Source of the DNA: Utricularia gibba | Taxonomy: Eukaryota > Plantae > Magnoliophyta | Reading direction: 5' to 3' | DNA: 64,000 nucleotides | NCBI GenBank assembly: GCA_002189035.1 | Contig: CM007990.1 | Coordinates: 4,588,001 to 4,652,000, forward strand | Part shown: in pieces, positions 1-11,700 of the stretch | How positions within the stretch are numbered: the stretch's first letter is position 1 | How the letters are laid out: each line of letters begins with the position of its first letter | Program-made: the position numbers and the translations under genes | Notes under the pieces: generated by a model | The model's database searches: none | Told to the model about the DNA's origin: nothing | What the model saw: only the letters and a program-made list of their open reading frames with translations

Positions 1-661
1 AAATATTTTTTGGTTCCCAATATTTGAACAATAGTCATAATAGTTTCCAATATTTATAACTTTGATACACTTAATCTCTATTATTTTAATACGTGACATA
101 TTTGATTTCCAACTCAATTTGACATTATAAGTCTCCATTATTTTGATTATTGAAAAAATTAATACCCAATATCAATATATATGTTTTTACCGATTGCATC
201 GTCCCGCTAATTTTTAATATTAGGAATTAATTATACCTATTGTTCAAACAATGAAAGATATACATATTTAAAATATAAAATTTTAAGTATTAATTATGTA
301 AATTTTGCGGACTAAATATGTAAATATATGAATCTTGGAGGATTTATTTATCAATGAGTACTAATTATATAATTTCGTTAAAAATTGGAAACTAATTTTA
401 TTAAAATTTTAAAAATTGGGGTTTTTTTATACAATTTTATCTATGTAAATGTTTCCGATGGAGTGGGCCGACCCATATAGAGTTTCGGGCTGGGTCTCCA
501 GGGAGGTATTAATTTTGGAAGTCGGCACCGAACACGGTTAACAAGACCAGGGGGCGCGAGGTGAAAACAAGGGGTGGTAAAGCATGGATTTGTCATCGTA
601 AAAGCCGCTACATATACCGGGGTTGGAGGAGGCAATCGGGGCCGTCGAGGAAACGGGAAAA

Positions 662-1129
662 ATGGACAAAGAGAAGAGCAAGATGGAATCTTTCAGGGAA
701 TGGGTTGTGGATCATAAGCTTCGTGCTGTTGGTGATTTTTCTCCCCTGTTTCATCGTTCTAATGATTTCTGGCTTTCATTTCAAGACTCGAGATCGATAT
801 TTCTTTGATTAGGGGCGTTATGGGGGAGCGGGATCGTTGGTTCATTGGCCTATAACTGGTCCCAAGCCGGTATGAAAACAAGCGTCAAGATCATTCATGC
901 CAGGTTCGATTGAGATTTGATTTTTTTGTGGTATTTGGTTGCTGCCGGAAAGGAAAGATCTTTCAATGGATTTCTTCTGCGATCTTTGTTTAGGTTGCAT
1001 GCGCAAGCACTGACTCTTGCTGCGCTTACCGGGGCAGCGCTTGTGGAGTATTATGACCACAGAACGGGTGCAAAAGCAGAGCGGGTGGCGAAGTTTTTGG
1101 AATTGGGTAATCATTCACAAGGCGATTAG
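662..1129 (+). CDS. Hypoxia-induced protein (HIG1/RCF1 domain) mitochondrial membrane protein, 3 exons (662-731, 813-903, 994-1129)
   Basis: Spliced translation MDKEKSKMESFREWVVDHKLRAVGALWGSGIVGSLAYNWSQAGMKTSVKIIHARLHAQALTLAALTGAALVEYY contains the HIG_1_N motif ARLHAQALTL; GT-AG junctions keep frame. Confidence 0.9.
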
Positions 1130-1292
1130 GGAGGAATCATGTGTTAGTAATCGCTGTTAAGCTTTATCCAACAATGTCCTCGAAAGAAATAGGACAAGCT
1201 TTGTTTATGTAAGAAGTTCAATTGTTCTGCGTTTGGCAAGAGCGAGTTGTTCTACCTAGTTATATGTCTGGGTGAATGAGGACGACTCAAAA

Positions 1293-2469
1293 CTACCTTT
1301 CAGCCTGCTGTAGATTCCTTGCAAAACCCTCGTATTCAAAATTGTAGTCCATTAGTGGCAGTAATTGATGGTTTATGATGACCAAAGGAACGGGACCATC
1401 TTCCACACCCAGAGCGGACCCCGCCAGCTCCCGGATGTTGGGATCGGGTTCGATCCAGATCCTTGGGCGGGGGTCTGAGTTTTTGTCAGTGGAACTAAGT
1501 TCGTCTGCAGATAGTTGGTGATATCTTCATGTCGCTGCTTATATGTTCTGGCGATGCTTGATCCACACCCCGTCGTATCTCTGGTGATGCAGCAACGTTT
1601 GATGATCACTTTCCGGTGCTCGATTCTTGTACATCACCCACCAACGCCCCTTTACCTCCATTGACGTCGGTCTCGATGGGAAGGTTCTGGATTCTCTACC
1701 GCTCCACCGCCGCACCGGCGGTGCGCCGTTCGCTCGTCGGAGCTTGAAGAGAACGGGAGTTTGCTACCACTTCTATCACATCGATTTTATGGATACGTGC
1801 TTCCCAAACCTCTTGCCCCTTGTGCGGATCCCCCGTTCAAATCGTGCATCCTCCGCCGCCGTAGCCGGTCTGAAATTAATTTGCAATAATCGATGGCCAC
1901 CGATTGAATTTAGATGTCGACAACAGGATGGATCCAAAAGAGCATCTCCGTTCTCAGATAATCTTCCTTTGAACTCTTTCCTCGAATCCATGGATGCCAA
2001 ACGGTGGATATGATTCCTGCAACATTTTGTCATCTTGTGAAAGCTGAAATCTTTTTAAATGGGTACTCATTTCTTTACGATTCCAAGTTGAACGATGGAT
2101 TTACAGTCAGTTCCAGTCCTTGGGAAGATGAAAAACAAATCAGGTGTGAAGCCCAGTTGGTGGATTAACATCCCAGTTCACCACCATGTTCAAAAGTGCC
2201 ATCTTTACATGGTTTCAGATCTATGAGGTGTTGCGTATCGGGAACTGCAAACGACAAAAAATTATCTGAATTTCAAAAAATCTGACCGTGCGTTCAAATT
2301 GTCTTCGAATAAGCTTACCCTGATGGCATGATTCATTTCCATTAGCATCATCGTCCTCGACTGTGATGACTCTCTCACATTTTTCGCATCTTTCACGTGC
2401 CTATTTGCGGGTCGGTATCGATGGGATGAACACTGCACATACCCATAAATCGCAGTACTTCCCCACCAT
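1293..2469 (-). CDS. Candidate uncharacterised multi-exon gene (structure only partly resolved)
   Basis: Open terminal exon 1504-1293 after a CTGCAG acceptor (DELSSTDKNSDPRPRIWIEPDP...YEGFARNLQQAER*); further exon-like blocks with GTAAG donor near 2320 and TTTGCAG acceptor near 2250; GC content like neighbouring exons. No family recognised and internal frame is not fully reconcilable. Confidence 0.35.
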
Positions 2470-2521
2470 TCCAATTCCGCCAGACCTCCGCCGTTCGAGA
2501 GGCGCGCGACGGTGCTTATCA

Positions 2522-3857
2522 ATGGCCACCGGAGATTCTCTCGGGTCGTCGCTGCCCCCGCAGGAGACATCGTTTTTTGAGATTAAAAACGAGTCTGATT
2601 TTGATCCACTCGTTTCTCCAGAGGGACTGATTTCGATTTGTGGCTTCGGCTCCCTCCTGTCCGGTACAAAAATGGTCATTAAGTTCTCATTTTGTTACCG
2701 TGAAACTCATTGCTAGGGCGGGATTTTGCAGAGAAAAGTGCAAGGAGTACTTTCCCCGATTTGATTAACTTCAGAGTTGCGAAACTGAATGGTTTCAGGA
2801 GGGTGTTTGCTCATGTCGCTCCTATTTTCTTCGAGAGGGGGATTGCTAACCCTGAAACTAAGGCGATTTCCTTTTCCCTAAATTTCGATTAGCCTCACAA
2901 AATGAAACTTAGCTCTGAAATACTGATTCTAGTTGACCTTGTATGGTGTTTGGATTTACTTTATCAATCTAAAAGTTTGATTAGCTTAAAGAAGTGCAGT
3001 CTTTGATTTCTAAGCAGGAGATATCGAGCTTGAGCGCCGAACCATGCGAAGGTGAAACTCTCGTGATATCCATTTTTGAGATCGGGAAATCTCAGGTAAA
3101 GTCTCTGGTTTAAGCAGTCGCAGGACATACATAACCTCTGATTCTCTTGCGCTTGTTCTCAGATATCAGCTTTCATAGAAAGGGAACATGAGTTCCGTTT
3201 TCTGGCTGTAAGTTCCTCGTTCCCGGTCTTCTTCCCCTGTGTTGTGCACTCAAACTCACCTTCCTCATCACCATCTCTGTTGTTCAGGTGATCCCAGAAA
3301 CACTCAATGGATTGCTCTACACCACTCCATCAGTAAGACAGATCTGTTCTCGGTTCATGTCTGTGACTTGCTCTCACAATGTCATCATCCACATAGGTCT
3401 TATGTGCACGATACAGTGATGAAGAGTACTTCCTCCACAGATGCAAAGGTGGACTATCTTCATCCTATGCAGTTCCCTTCAAATCAGGCAAAACGTGTGC
3501 ACTGAGTCTGATCCCATCTCCTACAGGAAGCAAAGAGCTGCTGTTCCAGCGGTACGGGAGGCATGGGATTGAGAAGATTTGGGTGGACGACATCTTACCC
3601 TGCAGATTCTATCTCCGACACTGGTGAGTAAAAACTAAAAACTCAGGCAGCTCCATCCCCCGTGATGTGCTGAAACTGAGTTTTTTTGTAGTGTCCTGGC
3701 TGCAAAGAACCTCTGCGACTTGGCTTATGATAACTTCCTCGATCATACGTTTCTTGGGGACCGGAAAACAACGATCCGCGAGTACTTGGCCACTAGGGGC
3801 TCGGGTTTGATGGAAGAGCAGCCGCCGGAGGACCTGAAGCACCGCTATGGAGGTTGA
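2522..3857 (+). CDS. Conserved plant protein with gamma-glutamylcyclotransferase (GGCT/ChaC)-like GFGSL motif, 8 exons
   Basis: Spliced: MATGDS...ICGFGSLLSEKSARSTFPDLINFRVAKL...ETKEISSLSAEPCEG...FIEREHEFRFLAV...VLCARYSDEEYF...LPCRFYLRHCVLAAKNL...NFLDHTFLGDRKTTIREYL...KHRYGG*. All junctions in frame; intron 2 (2863-3017) is GC-AG. The fold assignment is inference from the motif. Confidence 0.85.
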
Positions 3858-4546
3858 TCCACAACTTTGTTTTGTGTGCATTTCTGGAATCGTTTATGTT
3901 TGTAAGTATAAATGTTATATAATTAATAATAATTTTATTTTAATTTAAAAATTTAAAATTATGATTACAATTAAAAATCTTATTTTACTTTTGAGTGAAA
4001 TTGGAATGATTGTAGTTCAAAATTTTCATGCTTTATAAACAATCAATTTTGCATTAGATTTGTGATTGATTTATATTGAAAATAAATGAAGTTCAAAATC
4101 AATATTTTAAAATTATAGATTTAACCTAGTATCCATTTAAACCATTTATATAATAATTGTGATGTCCCACCCAACAAAGAGTAGATGGGTCTTAACCAAA
4201 TATCAAGTTGATTATGGAATAAATATATGATGAGATTGAATAAAATGATCATACAAATTTTACATAATATTTTTTTCAAAGCACGATGAATGATTTTTTA
4301 TAATAATTTCAAAATAAAGTGTGTTTAATCTAGAGAGAAGATAAATTAAAGATGAAAAAAATATAAAATTTTGAAGATTGAATATCTAAAATGAATAATA
4401 TCACACAAGGGGTGACTACAATAATATATGATTAAATTGAAAAATGAATTCAAACCATTTTTGAACAATAATTTATAATACCTCTAAATAGTAATTATGG
4501 TCACATTTAGGACCGTACGGACTTATTGGGTCTTTCTGTTTTAGAG

Positions 4547-4630
4547 TGGGCTGAAAAAAGGCCCATTAGGTCTTTTTTCTGCTTGAATGTGGCCCATTAA
4601 ATTGGGTGCTCCAAAGACAATTAGGGTTTT
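4547..4630 (+). promoter_or_regulatory. Site II (TGGGCY/RGCCCA) cluster plus telo-box upstream of RPL29
   Basis: TGGGCT 4547, GGCCCA 4560 and 4591, TTAGGGTTTT 4621-4630; this pairing is established for plant ribosomal-protein promoters. Confidence 0.7.
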
Positions 4631-4787
4631 TCAAGCACGCAGGCGCATCTTCAGTTCTTGGCTTCCTTGCACGTCTCCGTGGTGAGCCTCTCCTCTTACT
4701 CTGGCTATGGCTATTTGAGATTTGTGTTTTTTTTATTTATTGATTACCGTTTTGTTTCTCTATCGGATCTTAGAAGAGAATAGAGGA

Positions 4788-5047
4788 ATGGCGAAGTCGA
4801 AGAATCATACCGCGCACAACCAGTCGTACAAGGCGCACAAGAACGGAATCAAGAAACCGAAGCGCCATCGCCATACCTCAACCAAAGGGGTAGCTTTTGC
4901 ATTTCTGTTCTGTCTATGTACGCAATTTTCTCTTTCTAATGATGGATTTTTGGTGTTGGTCAGATGGACCCTAAGTTTCTAAGAAACCAGAGGTATGCTA
5001 GGAAGCATAACAAGAAGAACGGGGAGGCGGCAAGCGAGGAGGAGTAA
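4788..5047 (+). CDS. RPL29: 60S ribosomal protein L29 (eL29), 2 coding exons (4788-4889, 4964-5047) plus a 5' UTR intron from about 4682
   Basis: [34 protein letters not shown]|[18 protein letters not shown] is the eL29 signature. Confidence 0.97.
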
Positions 5048-6128
5048 ACAGTTGCAACCTTGTGATGCTCTGAAGATGCATTTTGGTGTTTTATGATTTT
5101 GAATTTCTGTTCTTCCATTAAGACCTTAGTTTTCCCCATTGTCAGTTGCCGCGTTCTCTTGCTCTCTTGAATTTCTAGTATTTGTCCTACCTATCATGGG
5201 TCTGAAGTTTGAACAGATTGAGCACTACCCATCTTCTGTTATTGCACATCTAGCAACTTACAGCATCCTCCAGCGCCATAGCCTATTAGAAAGCACCTCT
5301 TAAACTGTTCCCCAACCCGCGTTCTAAAACTCTAGATCATGTCTCTCGTTCGCAGAAAGATCACTTCAGCTTTGATCATCACGCCCCCTGGCTTCCAGTA
5401 TGGATTAGCTATTTGGTTCAGAGTTTCAGCATAGTTACTCAAACCTTCATTTCCCCATCGCTTGCATGTCAGCTCCTCAGGTACTCTCGGTTGCCCTCTT
5501 GTAAGCAATTCCCGAAGCCTATTTGATGGCTCTCTACAGAGGATAAGCCTGATTCTTAAACCATGATATTTCCTCGTGTCGAGTGGCGATTCTGCCCGAG
5601 ATTGCATCTGTATCGGATCATATGATTCCTCTCCCAAGCTTTCCCCAGAACAGTTGAAAGAAAAGCTACAGATGGTCTACCCATGTACATACCTAACTCA
5701 CGAAGCTTGATCGCCTCTATCGGGACAGGGCTGAAGCTTTTCCCATTTGAAAAACATTTTCCTTTTACCGGCCGCCGCTTGAAAGATGGGAGATCGACGG
5801 CGGCGCTGCGGTATGATGCGTCTCCGGGGAGCGATCACTTCACCTGCAGGGGACTTGTTTTTTTAACTTTAGGAAAGTGCGATTTTAGCTTTGTGTTGAA
5901 AGAGGAAATGCGCTTTTACGAACTCTTCACAGTGTAGTCACCAGCCAATGAGAATCTACCACGTACCCTCCGGACGACGTGTATGACGTTCCATCCTGAT
6001 TAAAATCGGGGAAAAAATGTGATTTGGATCCCTGGGTGCATTTGTTTTAGGGATAGGAGAATTTAGGGATGGCAGTTGCAGCAAGACTCCGGTGATTCCG
6101 GATATCGTGGGATTGATTGTGCGTGGCG

Positions 6129-7567
6129 ATGGCGGAGGATAAGTTCAATCGGAGGAATCCCTCGGTGAAAAGGATTTTGCAGGAGGTTAAGGAGATGCAA
6201 TCCAATCCTTGTGATGATTTCATGAGCCTTCCCCTCGAGGTTTGTTGATGGTAGATAGAAGTTGTATACGTGTGATCGCTTACGTGATTTTCTGTTCTGT
6301 TTTCACTTTCGGATGATAGATTGTAGGGTTTGCTTAAAATATGTTGATTCCTTGTGGCTTGATGCTCATTTTAACCTGGGTTTGATGTGGATGTTGCATA
6401 TATTGGACAAACTGTAATCATGCACTTGAGCGCAACTGCGTTTGACGTTCTCGACATCCGTTATCCAGCGGTCTTTGTGTGAAAAGAAGCACCTTTTTTA
6501 ATGGGTCAACTCTTCTTGCTTAATCCATGCTCAGGAGAATATATTTGAGTGGCAATTTGCAATCCGGGGACCAAGAGATTCGGAGTTTGATGGCGGCATA
6601 TATCACGGAAGAATCCAACTGCCTGCCGAGTACCCTTTCAAACCGCCTTCATTTATGCTGTTGACGGTATGGTTTGATCTTCTGAAGTAGTGTTGAGTTA
6701 TGTTGGTTTGTGATCTGCTTCTGAGTGAGTTATTGTGTATAGTTAAGTGCCCCCTATTGAACCCTTAATTTTTTACAGCCAAATGGTCGGTTTGAAACCC
6801 AGACAAAGATATGCTTGAGCATTTCAAATCATCATCCTGAGCATTGGCAACCCTCCTGGAGTGGTGAGTAGTACATGCAATTGAGTGTTTCTTATTTTTT
6901 TGGTATATTAAAGATGAGGAATTTAAGCTATTACCCCTCGTATTTCCTGCAACCAAACTATGCAGTCCGAACAGCTTTGGTGGCATTAATCGCATTCATG
7001 CCCACGCCTCCAAATGGTGCTCTGGGATCCTTGGAGTACACCAAGGAAGAAAGAAAAGCACTTGCAATCAAATCCCGTGAACAACCGCCAAGTTTTGGCA
7101 ACAAAGAACGCCAAAAGTTGATCAACGAGGTTCGTCTGCTGTCTTCATTCTGTACAGTCTTTTCCTTACTTGGTCAGCCAACTAATCCATTCCATTCCCA
7201 GATCCATGAATACATGTTGAGCAAAGCGTCTCCTGTGCCTCATGGAAACAAGGAGTCTGAAACCAATGAAACCAACGATGTCCAACCGAATCCCGGGGAA
7301 GATATTACCATTGAAGAAACCATGGAAACCATTCCTCCCCCAACCATAAACATAGAGGAGACTCATGAACCCCATGTGCCGCAGGCGTCAACTTCAGGTG
7401 AAGAACAACGACTTCTGATGAAGCCAGAGACAAGGGCTCCTAAGCAGGCAGACGACCGTATGCTTACATGGGCGGCTTTGGTGCTTACCATCGCCATAGT
7501 TGTGCTTTTGCTCAAGAAGCTCCTGAAAGCAAATGGACACAACGCTGTTTTTGTGGATGAGTCCTAG
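6129..7567 (+). CDS. UBC32: ER-anchored ubiquitin-conjugating enzyme E2 (UBC32/UBE2J1 type), 5 exons
   Basis: MAEDKFNRRNPSVKRILQEVKEMQ...ENIFEWQFAIRGP...YHGRIQLPAEYPFKPP...PNGRFETQTKICLSISNHHPEHWQPSW...; C-terminal transmembrane segment MLTWAALVLTIAIVVLLL. Confidence 0.93.
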
Positions 7568-8468
7568 ACCATACCCTTTGTGAACGGATCCGGCTTTACC
7601 AGAGGCACAGTTATCTTCATGCTCAGCCCCCTGATCCATCCTGTACCTACTATACAGGAAGAAGTTGACGATCAATAGTGTTGTTGGATCGTGTTTTTTT
7701 TTTTTTATAGAATGAGTATTTTTCATCAATAAATTCCAACGCGTTGTGGATTCGCATCGTTTATAGGTCTTACTCTGCATAATTTCTATTTTTATTTTTA
7801 TTCTTCAAATATAAATTAATAGTTGAATATAATATTAAAGGAGTATTTTGGAAAATTTTTAAAATCTATTTCTACTTTTTTAAAAGTAAAAATAATTTTA
7901 TTCTAGAATATTTTTAATTGTAAAAGTAATTTTATCAAAAATATTTTTAAAATTAAAACTAAAAAAATTATTTTCGGAAAAATAAGTAATTGATTACTTT
8001 TACTTTTTATTTATACATTTTAAAAGTAATTTTGAAAAGTATCAGGTTTCAAAAAATTTTCAGAACACTGTTTAAATTTTAGAATCATGATTTTGAATAA
8101 CGATTTAATATCTCTAATCACGAATTTTATACAAATGATACATGATTTTTTTTCATTGTTTTTTTAATGATTTAAAACGTTAGTTTTTTTAAAAAAAAAT
8201 AATTCCTAATATTAAAATACGTAATATAAATTTTATCATTTATCAATACTATTACTTTTTTTATTTTATGCATAATATTTCGTAAATTGATAGAATTTTT
8301 ATAATTGCGAAATCCTCATTATTTCTTGTCATTTATTCTTGCAACATTAAAGGCCCAAGTGGTTGTGGGCCGGTCCGAAGTGGCAAATGGACGGCCCAAT
8401 GAGCTGTCGCTATCGACCGCTTGTTTGTTATCCTCTCCCTCCTCTAGGATGAAGACGGAATCCCAAGC

Positions 8469-8512
8469 GCACGTGGCCCAATGTGTGTTATGTAACCACC
8501 GCACGTGGCCCA
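8469..8512 (+). promoter_or_regulatory. Tandem G-box/site II composite elements upstream of PHYB
   Basis: GCACGTGGCCCA occurs twice (8469-8480, 8501-8512), about 240 nt before the PHYB ATG. Confidence 0.6.
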
Positions 8513-8746
8513 TACGATATCCAACCGCCTATTTGCAATTTTAAAACCATAAAAAAAAGTACTATAAGCAGGAAAAAATTCTTTTGTTTTTTTCTTTTTT
8601 CTCCCCTGTCACGAGTCTCACTCCATCTCATCTCTTTCGAGCTCATCCACTGCCTGAAAGATTTGAAAGAGTACTCGGCATTATCCGCGATTATAGTGCT
8701 TGGTGACGTGCTTCTGGGGTAAGGAGACTGGGGAACTGGCGTTCGT

Positions 8747-11700
8747 ATGGCCGCTTCAGGAGGCAGAAACGATGATCGGAGCTCCCAAGCATTTGGTAGA
8801 GCCCAGTCCTCAGGATCATCTCACAGTTACACCCATGTGGCGAGCACTTCCAATTTGAACAGAAGGGGTGATTCCTCAAGCAAGGCTGTCGAGCAATTCA
8901 GCGCAGATGCAAGGCTTCATGCTGTTTACGAGCGATCCAGTGAGTCTGGGAAGTCCTTCGATTACTCGGAGAGTGTTCGGACCACCAATCAGTCTGTGCC
9001 CGAGCGCGAGATGACGGCGTATTTGTCGAAAATGCAGCGGGGCGGCCGTGTTCAGCCTTTTGGGTGCATGATCGCCGTTGACGAAGCGAGTTTCAGAGTT
9101 ATTGCTTACTCGGAAAACGCTCGAGAAATGCTGGGTTTGACTCCCCAGTCTGTCCCAAATCTTGAGGGCCCTGAGTTTTTGACTATTGGAACTGATGTCA
9201 GGACCCTCTTTACACCCTCAAGCTCTCTTTTGCTCGAGAAGGCTTTTGGAGCAAGAGAGATTACTCTATTGAACCCTTTGTGGATCCATTCTAAGAATTG
9301 TGGGAAGCCCTTTTATGCAATTTTGCACCGTATTGATGTCGGAATTGTAATTGACTTGGAACCTGCCAAGACCGAAGACCCTGCTCTTTCAATTGCTGGC
9401 GCGGTTCAGTCGCAGAAGCTTGCGGTGAGAGCCATTTCCCATCTGCAGTCTCTGCCTAGTGGAGACATTAAGCTTTTATGTGACACAGTTGTTCAGAGTG
9501 TGAGGGACCTCACGGGGCACGATAGAGTGATGGTTTATAAGTTTCACGAGGATGAACATGGTGAGGTTGTCGCAGAGAGCAAGAGGCCAGATTTGGAACC
9601 TTATCTTGGTTTGCATTACCCTGCAACTGATATCCCGCAGGCTTCAAGGTTTTTGTTTAAGCAGAGCAAGGTAAGGATGATTGTAGACTGTCACGCCCCA
9701 TCTGTTCCGGTCATTCAAGATGAAGCCTTGATGCAACCCCTGTGTCTGGTTGGCTCTACTTTAAGAGCCCCTCATGGTTGCCACCCACAATACATGGCGA
9801 ATATGGGTAGTATTGCATCCCTTACCTTGGCAGTTATCATAAACGGGAATGATGAAGATGTTGCTAAAGGAACAAACTCGCAGAAGCTATGGGGCTTGGT
9901 TGTTGGCCACCACACATCTGCTAGATACATTCCTTTCCCTCTTCGATTTGCTTGTGAATTCCTTATGCAGGCATTTTCGCTTCAACTGAAGATGGAATTG
10001 CAGTTGGCATCACAGTTGGCTGAGAAGAATGCTCTAAGAACACAAACACTGTTGTGTGATATGTTGCTTCGAGATTCACCCACTGCCATAGTTACGCAGA
10101 GCCCTAGTATTGTAGACATTGTGGCTTGTGATGGGGCTGCTTTGTATTACCAGGGTAAGTACTACCCACTTGGTGTTACACCAACAGAATCACAGATAAA
10201 GGAAATATTAGACTGGTTGTCAGCATTCCATGGTGAACTAACCGGACTGAGCACGGACAGTTTAGCTGATGCTGGGTTTCCAGGGGCAGCCTCTTTAGGA
10301 GATGCGGTTTGCGGAATGGCTGTGGCTCACATCACAGCAGGTGATTTTTTGTTCTGGTTCCGCTCCCACACTGCAAAAGAGATAAAATGGGGTGGTGCAA
10401 AGCATGATCCCCAAGATAAAGATGATGGCCAGCGGATGCATCCCCGTTCTTCATTCAAGGCATTTCTGGAAGTGGTTAAAAGCCGGAGTTTACCATGGGA
10501 GAATGCAGAAATGGATGCAATCCACTCATTGCAGTTAATTCTGAGAAATTCATGTCACTATGATGGAAACAACTCCAAGGCAGTGATCCATGGTCAGCCA
10601 ATGGATTCGGAGTTACAGGACATGGATGAACTAAGGTCCGTGGCAAGAGAAATGGTAAGGTTGATTGAGACTGCAACTGCTCCTATATTTGCTGTGGATC
10701 TTGATGGACGCATAAATGGTTGGAATGCGAAAGTTGCAGAGCTCACTGGGCTTCCTGCTGAAGAAGCTATGGGAAAGTCATTGGTTCATGATCTTGTTCA
10801 CAAGGGATCACAGGAAATTGCTGACAAGCTCCTGTTTCATGCTTTAAGAGGTGTGACTCTCCCACTCTTTTTCTTAAGTTTTACCAATAAAAAAGTAATC
10901 TTTTTCCCATCATGCCGCCTGCTTTCCTTCGAGTACATTTTTCATCATGCTTATTAAGGGGATTAAGCACACGTAGGTGAGGAAGACAAGAACATAGAGT
11001 TGAGATTGAGGACTTTCAGCTCTGATCAAAACAAGCAAGCTGTCTTTGTGGTAGTAAATGCATGCTCTAGTAAGGACCTGGCAAGTAACATTGTTGGTGT
11101 ATGCTTTGTGGGTCAAGACGTTACTGGGAGAAGGTGGTGATGGACAAGTTCCTCAACATTCAAGGTGATTACAAGGCTATTGTGCAGAGTCCAAACCCTC
11201 TGATCCCACCTATATTTGCTTCAGACGAAAACAGCTGCTGTTCTGAATGGAATACTGCGATGGAAAAGCTCACTGGATGGAGTAGAGCTGAGATACTTGG
11301 AAAGATGTTGATTGGGGAGGTGTTTGGGAGTTGCTGTGAGCTCAGTGGCCCAGATGCGATGACAAATTTCATGATCGTCTTACACAATGTTATCCAGGGT
11401 CAGGATACAGAGAAGATGCCATTTTGCTTTTATGACAGAGATGGCAAGTGTGTGCAAGTGCTGCTAACCGCGATTCAGAGACGAAATTTGGATGGCCGAA
11501 TTCTGGGAGCTTTTTGCTTCTTGCATGTTGCGAGCCCCGAGTTACAGCTCGCGCTCAAGGTGCAGAGACAACAAGAACAGAAATCCATCTCAAAATTGAA
11601 AGAGTTTTCCTACATTTGCCAGCAAGTTCAAAACCCATTAGGAGGCCTGCGTTTCAGCCATATGTTACTAGAATCAACAAATCTGAGCGACGATCAAAAG

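Noticed and set aside
3378-3397. Minus-strand YVDDD resembling the Ty1/copia reverse-transcriptase motif
   Set aside because: It is antisense to an intron/exon boundary of the plus-strand GGCT-like gene, with no other RT motifs.
9508-9540. Tyr-to-His change in the PHYB GAF domain (TGHDRV), suggesting the constitutively active Y276H (YHB) allele
   Set aside because: Y276 corresponds to the Tyr of VMVYKF, which is intact; the changed residue is six positions upstream.
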